From assembly GCA_013239625.1 (NCBI GenBank), contig MU054096.1:223098-287097 (forward strand): a DNA stretch of 64,000 nt, in the 5' to 3' direction. Shown piece after piece: positions 38,740 through 48,810 of this stretch. Below the pieces are notes generated by a model. That model made no database searches. It saw nothing but the letters and a program-made list of their open reading frames with translations, and was not told the DNA's origin. The first letter of the stretch is position 1, and each line of letters starts with the position of its first letter. The stretch comes from Lama guanicoe (taxonomy: Eukaryota). The translations under genes were made by a program, and so were the position numbers.

Positions 38740-39370
38740 TGCTGTCTACATGGATCCAGTTGATTGGAGGGAAAAATGAATCAAAGTTGCCAATTTTTTT
38801 GCTCAAATAATATTTGATCCAAAGGACTACCGAGAGATATTTACTTACATTGTTAAGAATCTTCCAGCACAAATGATAGAGTTACAGTTACTGAGATGGG
38901 AAACACTGTGGGGAAAGCAGGTTGGGGGAAGATGAGAGCATCAGATTTGAATCAATTAAATATGAGACACCTGGTAGACATTCAAGTGTAGACTTCTTGA
39001 GGCAACTGGATAAAGGATGGAGTTTAGTGCTTAAGTGGTTTAGAGATATAAATTTTTAGGAATCATCTTATTAAAAAAAAAAAAGAATCTTCCAACACAG
39101 CCAATCAGAGAATTGTGCACGGGCTGATCACGTACCTGATACCCTCTTCCCTTACCTGGCCTTTAAATATGCTTTGCTGAAACCCTTCAGGGAGTTTGGG
39201 GTTTGGCCCTGCAATAGATCTTTCTCTGCTCAAAAAAAAAAAAAAATCTTCCAACAAATGTCTGGACAGCACACGTGTATGATACACACCCTTATAGGGC
39301 TATCGACCAGGGATGTCATCTTCATCCCCTAGAAGTTTAAAGTATTGTCTGAGATACAATTAGCTTTGTT
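38740..39370 (+). pseudogene. PLAT relic segment K, split by two retro-insertions
   Basis: WIQLIGGKNESKLP / PKDYREIFTYIVKNLP [inserts 38870-39256] NVWTAHVYDTHPYRAIDQGCHLHPLEV. Confidence 0.65.
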
Positions 39371-41784
39371 TCCATAGAAACGAAAGCTTCTTTTTTAATG
39401 TGTATGCCCCACCCCCTACCAGAACAGGAGCTACCCAAGGCAGGGTAGTGGTTTTGTTCCTTGATGTGTCCAAGCATCCAGAACAGTGCTTCACATATAG
39501 CAGGACTGAACAAACGTGTGCCAAGTGATTGAACTAACCTTTGTCCATGTCCTCATCTAGTTAGGTGTGTTAGCTCCTCAAGAGCGCTAGGATGAAGAGC
39601 CTAGCTCCTCGCTAGGAGGAACAATGAGATGAAAAGGACAGAAGAGGGACTTGGTACAAAGAGACACTTAAAGGTCAGAAGAGAAGCATTTTTAAATTTA
39701 ACAATTTGGAAAACTCCCGCTAAGGCTTCTGCTTCCGTAACTGATCAATAGATGGAGCAAATGTATTTTTCTCCATCCCACCTTTATTTCATCTCTATTT
39801 TACTTGCTACTGGTTCTACCATTATACAGTCTTTCCTTCCTCCAGTAAAAGACCCCTTTCACTTTTAGCTAAGGACGTGGCAGGTGAATCAAGGACCGCA
39901 TTTTCCAGCCTCCCTTGCATCTAGGTAAGACCTGTGATTAAGTTTGGACCAATAGAATGTGAGTAGAAGTGATGTGTTTCACTTCTTTTTGTTTGTTTTT
40001 TGTTTTTGTTTGGGGGAGGGGGTAATTAGGTTAACTTCTCTGAAGCAGAGCCAGGCAGACTCCTTTGGGAAGATTAAGTAAGATACAGGAAGAGATTGCC
40101 AGGTATGAAGACACTGTAAATTTAGCTTTGCCGTAGGCATGCCCATCCCTGCCGTCATAGAGAAGGAGGTGGGCTAAGAATTAAGCCAGCTTGGAAGGAT
40201 GAAGAACCCAGAGGGAAGAAAGCATCCAGAGGACAGAGCTGAATCTTGGAGCCACCTGTGCCTGGAGCAAAACTCCCACCCACCTTGGACTTTCCAGTTA
40301 CAGGAAGCAATCAATTTCTCTTGCGTTTCCAAAAGGTTGCATTTCTGTCCCTGGCAACCTAAAGAGACCTGACGAATGTGGGAGTAACCCAAGAGAAGAT
40401 AGGAAATTAGCTGGAACTATGTGACAGAGGCCCTGCATGCCAGACAAAAAGGTTTGGACTTGTTTTTGAAGACGAGATGAGCCATATAAGTTAGGAGGCT
40501 GTGACGGTACACGCGGAGGTTCCGTGGAAAGAGCACAGCCAGGTGTGGCCCCAGCCTTATCACTTCCTGGCAGGAGAGCCCATGCAGATCCCCAGCCGCT
40601 GAGTCCTCATCTGCAGAGTGAAGGTGACCCCACCCTCCTTGCAGGTGGCTGTGAGGAAGATGCCGAATGACACCCGAAGCACCCGATGTGATGTCTGGTG
40701 TGACAATTCTTCATGGCGTGACAGTGGAGGTGGCAGTGGTGATGGAAGAGGATGAGGAAGGAGGAGGTGGCAGAGGAAGAGGAGGAGCATGGGAGGGTTG
40801 TTCCTGGATTAGGTTGGCAGGAGTGGACGTGACCCAGAAGGCTGGTGATGAGAACCACTGACAAACAGCAGCAGGACCACATGCCGTCTGGAACCGGGAA
40901 GGGAGCAAAAGGAAAAAGTCAGTTATGATCCATGGTGACAACGTCTCTTGAATCAACTGATTCTTGAACTTTTTCTTCTCTTCCATCACACCACCCCACA
41001 CAGGAAAACCAACAAGAAAAAGGCCCTAGTGTGTGTGTATGTGTGTGTGGATGTGTTTGTGTCTGGGAGGAAAAGGATGGCTTTCCTTTCTTCCATAGTC
41101 TTTCTCTTGATCCATCCTGGGGTTTTTGTTGTTTTCTTCATTTGTTCATTTTGGCTATTTAACGTCACGTTACCTCAACACAACGATGCTCACAGGACCA
41201 GAGCAGACCCTCCAGGAGCCTGCCTTCCTCCTTCCCACTCTGGGGCCCAGGTCCAGTGCGGGGAGCAAAGGGCCTTCATGGCCCCTGAGCAGGGATGCAG
41301 GAATCAGAAGACAGAAACTGGTCCCTGGAGGCCGGGAGGTGGGGCGTGGGGGGTGGGGGGTTGGGATTTTGGGTGTGTGGGGCTCCAAGACCCCGGCACC
41401 TTCTCTAATGTCTGGGGGCTTCAGTTAGAAAACATAACTTCAAAATAAGGTTATTGGAAATTTCCAGATGGCGGCCACAGAGTATTAAACTCCAAGCATG
41501 TGGCTCCCTTCTGTGATGGTTAATTTTATGTGTCAACTTGACTGGGCCATGGGGTGTCCAGATATGCAATCAAACATTATTCCTTGAGTTTCTGTACGGG
41601 TGTTTTGAAATGCCACCCTGCCCAGTACACTTTCTGAGCACAAAGCCTTGTGTGACTACACTGGTTCCATACACAGGAGACAGAAAGAGATTGGCAGGAA
41701 GAAGAAACTGACTTGCTTTTAATGAGCTCTCAGTCATGTCTTGCTGTCACTATAAAGTGCAAATAATTTTGTATAAAATATATA

Positions 41785-41975
41785 ACAATGAAGGTATAGG
41801 CGCCATAAGACAGCTTACAAATTTCGTGTCCCCAGATCACTTATTGAAACCTATTTATCTAGAAAAATATTAATTTCATTTGCAAAAAGTTGAGAATTTA
41901 GAAATAATAACTGAACGAATGTCCATCCTGGTATAGTTAGGTCATATCTCTATCCTGTGTGTGATGATTGGTCCA
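41785..41975 (+). pseudogene. PLAT relic segment L
   Basis: NEGIGAIRQL ... FHLQKVE / frameshift / RSYLYPVCDDW. Confidence 0.6.
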
Positions 41976-42544
41976 TTTTGTACCGTGGGACCCAAGGACT
42001 CATCCAAAATCCTGGGGCCAGATGTCAGAATTCAGAATCGACTGGGATTTTTGTTTTTTAAAGTCATACAGTGTAAGTACTGTATACTATTTATAGTCTC
42101 AGCAGGTCTGGGACAGCATCTGTGCTAAAAGGCACTAACATTTCTATATTAAAGCATGGGAAGATTTATGCTAGTTGGGCGAAGACTGTAAGTAGCCTCA
42201 TGGCAGTCCAGGCAGGATTTTGTTTTCAGGTGAGTTCAGGTGAGGTCAGATGAGTTACAAAAACTCGGTGGGCGGAGCTTGCTGGAGTTTGGAGATACAG
42301 ATCAGGGTGACTGGATTTGCATTTCCTGTTTCCACGGCTGGCCTCCCATAATTTACTAAATATAGTCATCTGCGACCATGACATAAGCATCTCCCCACCC
42401 TGTATTTTCTCAGCATAGCTCTAGTCATCGCTCTCAACCTAGTGGGTGTCTTAAATACACCTAGGGGCCTGTTAGCATTTTTTGACGCCATCTTGGAAGA
42501 TCTCAAACCGGTTAACAATTATATGAACATTGCTTTAGGTCTTC

Positions 42545-42980
42545 CTTTTTAAAAAAACTTTTTTTAATATTTCTTTATTTAAAATTTTTTCTTTTTTGGT
42601 GGAAGGGAGGTAATCAGGTTTGTTTATCTATTCATCTATTTATTTAATGGCGGTACAGAGGATTAAATCCAGGACCTCGTGCATGCTAAGCACACGCTCT
42701 ACCACTGAGCTCTCCCCTACCCACCTCTAGGTCTTTTTAAAAAATTATTATTATTAATTGAGGGGACGGTATAGCTCAAGCAGTAGAGTGCATGCTTAGC
42801 ATGTGTAAGGTCCTGATTTCAATCACCAGTCCCTCCTTTGAAAATAAATAAACCTAACTACCTCCCTCTGCCAAAAAAAAAATTATTATTCTTTTTTTTT
42901 TAATAGAAGTACAGTCAGTTACAATGTGTCAATTTCTGATGTGCAGCACAGTGTCTCAGTCATGCATATACTTACGTATA
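42545..42980. mobile_element. Cluster: SINE (-) 42545-42725, SINE (+) 42761-42880, short L1 tail (-) 42895-42980
   Basis: Two oppositely oriented SINE heads ~35 bp apart; TSD-like repeats taggtctt and aaaaattattatt. Confidence 0.85.
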
Positions 42981-43029
42981 TTCGAATATAGGTCTTCTGT
43001 AGAGGGCGTAATTTTCAAGCAATTGAATG

Positions 43030-43530
43030 TTGTGAAGGAGGGCGTTGCCCACAGGGACCCTTCTGCACGGCAAAGCCTTCTCATCCATCTTGGAATCTTA
43101 CCCCACCTTGAAGGCTCAGGAGCAAGGCCAGTGCATCTCTAACAACCAGGAACAAAGCCTTTCTCACCTGGTTCCTCCAGCTGGAAGGACATCATCTGAG
43201 TTCTTCCTGAATTTCTTCTGTATCTCTCCTGTCAATTACTTTTTATCTTGCCAGATTACATCATATCCCTAAACAAGACTTTTCTTTCTGGAAGGCACTC
43301 ATTTTTATATCTCTAATTATCCTAAGTTAAAACCTTAAATGGCAGTAAATCCTTAATAATGTTCTTAATGAATGAATATAATTTTGGAATTACATTGATT
43401 TTCTTTGTGGCATTTTAGGTTCAAAATCCCTAGTAATCCAGAAATTATTATATTTTCAAATATACTAAATTATGTAAACAACTGTGTATTAAAGAGGCTT
43501 CCCTTCTTTGTCAGCTGTATCTTGTTACGA
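43030..43530 (+). pseudogene. PLAT relic segment M (two exon remnants)
   Basis: LIHLGILPHLEGSGARPVHL*QPGTKPFSPGSSS; acceptor ttttctttgtggcattttag|G at 43418/43419, then VQNP**SRNYYIFKYTKLC...LLCQLYLVT. Confidence 0.6.
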
Positions 43531-43880
43531 TATTTTTTGTATTATGAGTATGTTCACACTTGACTTTGTCAGTGTTTGATTCCATATTAGTTCATTGAGA
43601 AATAAATTCCATCTTAAAAAGGATCTCTAACAAGTCATGGGGGAAGATGAATTAGAAAGATATAGTGTATTAATTAAAAAAGGAAATCAGATTACTCATT
43701 AATTACTCAACATCAGTAATGACTGATTGTGCAACAGTGAAAGTAACATTTAAAGACGGGAGATTCTAAAAGGAGTCAGCAAATGAGACTTGATGGAATG
43801 TGTATAAGAATTAGGATGTAGCAATTCTACGGGTCACAGCTGTCCCTAGGAATGTAACTCACCATGGTGTGCAGAACAAT

Positions 43881-44000
43881 AGGGTGTAGCTCAGTGGTAG
43901 AGTGCCCGCTTAGCATGTACGAGGTCCTGGGTTCAAGCCCCAGTACCTCCTCTGAAAATAAATAAACCTAATTACCTATCCTACAAGAAAAAGAAAAAAA
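43881..44000 (+). mobile_element. vic-1-type SINE
   Basis: agggtgtagctcagtggtagag...ggttcaagcccc, tail. Confidence 0.9.
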
Positions 44001-45639
44001 AGTGGAATTCAAGCAAAAAAATCTCCACAATCCTCATTGTTTAAAGAAAAAGGGAGAGAAACAATTTCTTTATCACCTGTAACGTGGTAATTCACTATAC
44101 TGACATGATTATTCACTATACTGACATGCTAAGGCAGTAAGTAGTTGAAGATTTAACTGCTGAAATGAGTACATTTATTTCTCAGACCTACAGAAAGAGG
44201 TATTTAACTAGCAAGTAAGGGTGCCGGATAAAATACCCAGGGTGCCCAGTTAAACTTGAATTTCAGATAAATTACATAATTTTGTGGTATAAATGTGTCC
44301 CAAATGTTTCACAGAGAGCTGGGATTGGTATCTCAATGCTGACTCCTGCCACCTAATGTCTCATTTCACTCCTTCCTGCACTGATTCAACACTGACTTAC
44401 TGAGGACCTGTTCTGGGCTGTGCTGGGCGGGGTGTTGACAACACAGTGATGAGCAAGAAGGACAGGCTCTTTCCCCAAGTCCCCACAGTAGTAGGCTCAT
44501 CCAGACAAGTGAAAAGGCAGTCCCTGTATAATGCGAGAAATGCCACGATTTATGGTTTGTTTATTCACAGAGGGGCAATTAACCCAGCCTTGGGTCAGAA
44601 AAAGACTCCCAGAGGAAGGATGTCCAGATTGGGCCAAAAGCGAAAAGAGGTTAGGGAAAAGGAGAGAGGTTTTAATCAGAAAGGCCCTACCACAAGGGCA
44701 AAGCTTGGAGCCCTGGAGAAACTGAAAACCCCACTCTTGAGGATGGTCAGAAAGAAGGGCATGGGTGCTGAGAAACACTTCTGGGAAAGTGTGTCACGGC
44801 CAGGTCGCCAGGGGCCTTGTTCAAGTCCCACTGAATGTCCCACACAGCAAAGTGACAGGCACATGTACAAATTAGAACCCTGTCTGGGCAGTACAGTGGA
44901 AAATGGGACGGGGGGTGAGGACAGTGCTCCTGTGGGTGTGCAAATGGCGTAGGAGAGAAGGAGACAGATGCAAGAGCTGGCCAGGAGGTCACTCCACAGC
45001 TGTCCTGCTCTTTGGGCGAGAGCAAAATCCTTGCACATCTTTGCCCGAGCTTTGATGTCACATGTTACGTGACAAGGCCCTGCTGCCTTAGCTTTGTGGG
45101 GACAGCTGTGGAGTGAGCTCCACTGGAAAGAAAAGAATACCTCATTAAGGGGACAGGGATCAAGACGTGTGTCATTTCCTCTGTTAACATATTTAGTAGA
45201 GTATATGTAGCTTATATAGTGTGGTTTTAATGGACCTGGAGTTACTGGAAAACCAGCCCAGAAATGAACACTTCGCAAGGGCTGTAAACAGAAATGACCA
45301 TGGGTCTCGCTTGACTAGCTGCCTAAGAAAGTCACCGATTATTCAAACCATCCCTACAAAAAAAAACCCTTCTTAGCAGAGGAATATGTTGTAGCTTTTT
45401 CATAAGGATGGACTGTGCCCAGCCAAGAGGAGGGAAATAATTTAAATAGGCAGCTGGAAAGAGAAGGCAGTGATGTTCCCCCACTCCCAGTTCTTATCCC
45501 TTTTCCATCCTCCTGGTAGAGTCATAGCATAGTTTTTAGTTAAATCAGTGTTCAGTATGTGTATCACTGGACTAAATAAATATTGCCCTCTTTGCCAAAA
45601 AAAGAAGAAGGACAATGAGAGGGAGAGGGGGAGGAAGAG

Positions 45640-45670
45640 GAAGGAGGAGGAGGAGGAAGAGGAGGAGGAG

Positions 45671-45705
<35 letters not shown>

Positions 45706-45930
45706 GGNNNNNNNNNNNNNNNNNNNNNNNNNNNNNNNNNNNNNNNNNNNNNNNNNNNNNNNNNNNNNNNNNNNNNNNNNNNNNNNNNNNNNNNNNNNNN
45801 NNNNNNNNNNNNNNNNNNNNNNNNNNNNNNNNNNNNNNNNNNNNNNNNNNNNNNNNNNNNNNNNNNNNNNNNNNNNNNNNNNNNNNNNNNNNNNNNNNNN
45901 NNNNNGAGGAGGAGGAGGAGGAGGAGGACA
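45640..45930. repeat. (GGA)n purine microsatellite containing an assembly gap (N at 45708-45905)
   Basis: GGA/GAA repeats on both sides of the N run. Confidence 0.95.
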
Positions 45931-46479
45931 ATAAGGGGAAGAGGAGGAAGAAGGAAGGAAAGAGAAGTCAACGATATGCAAAGGAATGGAGACCACCGAT
46001 GTGCACAGGTAAATGGGAACAGGGCTGCGATGGGGAGGAGCAAACAACACCTTATCTCATTTAGGTCTCACAAATGTACTAAGGAATTAATCATCACTCT
46101 TATGTTCCAGATGTGGAGAATTTTGGTTCAGCGTATTTAAGCAACTCTCCCAAGATCACACAGCATGTAAGTGTTGGAACCAATACCTGCACCCCAGATT
46201 TCTTTGCCTTGGAAGCACAAGTGTGCTGCTATAGCCTCTGGGGAGGCATTAAGGAAAAGATCCTTTTCTCGAGGAGGGTCAACTTGGCGTTTCTGAAGCA
46301 GCACCCTTCCAGGCTGAGCAGAACAACAAGGACAATTCGTAGCCGTCATTGAGTTTATGGAATGCTGGGAGGTCCAGAGCCATCCCTGCGTAGAACTGAA
46401 AGGGAAACATTCTATAATTTGTGGGGAAGTTATTCAAGATTCAGTACACCCACTTGCTCTTTTTCAGTTGGACTGATTT

Positions 46480-46870
46480 GGATGAGGACAAATGATTTAG
46501 CCAGAAAAATGAATTATTGACAGTGGATTTGTGAATATTTAGAAAACAGCAGCATTGATCTGGAGCCAGCGCTAGGGGTTGTGTTCACCAAGATCAAGTC
46601 ATGTCAAATTAATGGCGTGTTCACCCTGTGTCTCTGTGATTCTCCTGAGCTAGAAGATTAGGGGAATGTGGTAGAAAGACGCAATCTTGATTTCATCAGG
46701 CTTCTTAGAAAAAAGCTTTGTGATACCATTGTGAATCAGCGTGAGAATAAGTTGAATGCTGGTTCAACTGAGCAGAGGTGTAGCAACTTAATGTCACCCT
46801 AAAAGGATCCACATTGATGGGTGTATCTAGCAATATGCTACAGGACATCAGACCTGGACTTGTCTATTTT
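46480..46870 (+). mobile_element. Ancient CR1/L3 LINE reverse-transcriptase fragment
   Basis: ttcaccaagatcaagtcatgtcaaattaat (FTK.KSCQ.N) and cttgatttcatcaggct (LDF..A) match CR1 RT motifs GFTKxKSCxTNL and YLDFSKAFD. Confidence 0.6.
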
Positions 46871-47696
46871 AGTATTGTTTTAATAGACTTTAGTATTTTT
46901 TAGAGCAGTTTCAGGTTCACAGCAGAATTGAGCAGAAAATACAGAGTTCACACATAGCCCTCCCCACCCACACATACATACTCCCCTACCCTCAACATCC
47001 CTTATCAGTGAGGCATATTTGGTACTATAGAGGAACCAATATGGACACATTATTATCAACCAAAGTCCATTAGTTTACATTAGGGTTCACTCTGGATTTT
47101 GTACATTCTATGGGCTTTGACAAATGATTAATGACCTGTAGCCACCACTATAGTATCACACAGAATAATTTCATTGTCCTAAAAATCCCCTGTGCTCCAT
47201 CTATCCATCCTTCAGTATATTTTTGATGACTTGGAGAATGTGATGTATCGCCTGATCTTCAGCTTCATAACGAAATGACTGCTAGAAATCTTCATGTAGG
47301 TGTCCAAAGCAACTCACCCTAAAATGTCCAACACTCACCTTATAATCCTTTCTCTCATACTTGCCTCTCTCTGCTTCTCTCCAACTCAATTAGTGAACTG
47401 CTCTGTTAGTCAAGGCTCTTCATTGCAAGTGCCTGAACTCAACTTGAACTGGCCTAGGCCACAAAGGGAAAGTGTTGTCTCGGGAAATCCAAGGAAATTT
47501 GTGTAATCACAGGGTAGGAGAAACAGGGATGCAAATGGGCCTCAGGAAAAACAGGAGTCAGGGTCTCAAACATTATCAGGACTCTCCTCTCTGTTTCTCC
47601 TTGCTTGTTGGTTTCATTTCTTTTGCTCTGGACTGACTCCTCGTACACAGTGGAGAACATGGCCACCGGCTCCATCATCTCGTATCTTGAAACTTT

Positions 47697-48810
47697 GTCT
47701 TAGTTCAATACAAAATTACCATAGACTGGGTGGTTTAGATAACAAACAATGAAAAATTGCTCACAGTTCTGGAGGCTGGGAAGTCTAACATGAAGGCTTT
47801 GGCAGGTGTGGGGATCTGGTGAGAGCTCACATCCTGGCTTGCAGATCTTCACCTTCTCGCTGTATCTTCATGGCTAAGAGAGATCATCTCGCTCACGTCA
47901 CTTCTTAAAAGGGCACAAATCCCATTCATGATGGCTCCACTCTCATGAACTAATTACCTCCCAAAGGCCTGCCTCCAAATACCATTGCATTGAGCATTAG
48001 GCTGTAATATAAGAATGGGAGGGGGGGGGAACACAAACACTCAGCCAATTGGAGACAGTGTGGAGAAAAGGGAACCCTCCTACACTGCTGGTGATAATGC
48101 AGTTTGGTGCAGCCACTGTGGAAAACAGGATGGAGATTCCTCAAAAGACTAGGAATAGACTTACCCTGTGATCCAGCAGTCCCACTCCTGGGCATGTATC
48201 TGGAGGGAAACTTAATTAAAAAAGATACATGAACCCCAATGTTCATAGCAGCACTATATACAATAGCCAAGACATGGAAGCAACCTAAATGTCCACTGAC
48301 AGATGATTGGATAAAGAAGTTGTGGTATATTTATACAATGGAATACTACCCAGCCGTAAAAAAAGAATAAGATAATGCCATTTGCAGCAACATGGATGGA
48401 CCTGGAGATCATCATTCTAAATGAAGTAAGGCAGAAAGAGAAAGAAAAATACCATATGATATCACTTATATGTGGAATCTAAAAGAACAAAGAAAAGAAA
48501 AGAAAAAAGAGGACACTAATGAACTCATCTACAAAACAGAAACAGACTCACAGACATAGTAAACAAACTTATGGTGACTGGGGGTAAAGGTGAGAAGGGA
48601 TAAATTTGGGAGCCTGAGATTTGCAAAGGTTAACCAATGTATATAGCATAGATTAAAAAAACAAAATAGCACAGGGAACTATATTCAATATCTTTTAATA
48701 ACCTTTAATGACAAAAAATATGAAAACAATTATATGTATATATATGCATGACTGGGAAATGATGCTGGACATATTGTAACTGACTATATCTCAATAATAA
48801 TAATTAATTA
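47697..48810. mobile_element. MLT1-like LTR (47697-48045, -) followed by a young L1 3' fragment (48050-48810, +)
   Basis: MaLR motifs, then the L1 ORF2 end and 3'UTR; TSD-like aaa(c)(a/c)c(a)ctcagc. Confidence 0.85.

Larger units (their letters stand above)
16206..43530 (+). pseudogene. Decayed multi-PLAT (LH2) domain gene, LOXHD1-like architecture; probable unitary pseudogene
   Basis: At least 12 separate unique-sequence islands, all on the + strand, translate with stops and frameshifts into ordered PLAT motifs (Y-x-I-x-V-x-T-G..G-T; I/V-x-L-Y-G; F-E..D-x-F; D-L-G..K-I-x-x-G-H; W-x-L-x-x-V; F-P..W-L). Several islands end in canonical donors (16764, 30049, 35792). Confidence 0.8.

Noticed and set aside
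40560..41448. Several overlapping ORFs up to 166 aa
   Set aside because: They lie in MIR-like, low-complexity purine and MER45-like sequence; no coding signature.
16206..43530. Calling the relic LOXHD1 itself or a functional gene
   Set aside because: Every segment has stops, frameshifts or TE insertions, and the exon layout looks different. No gene symbol assigned.
44446..45278. 168-aa (+) and 200-aa (-) ORFs
   Set aside because: They overlap decayed L2-like sequence, with no recognisable domain or splice context.
45442..46064. Poly-Glu/Ser/Arg/Pro ORFs of 119-202 aa
   Set aside because: Artefacts of a (GGA)n microsatellite plus an N gap.
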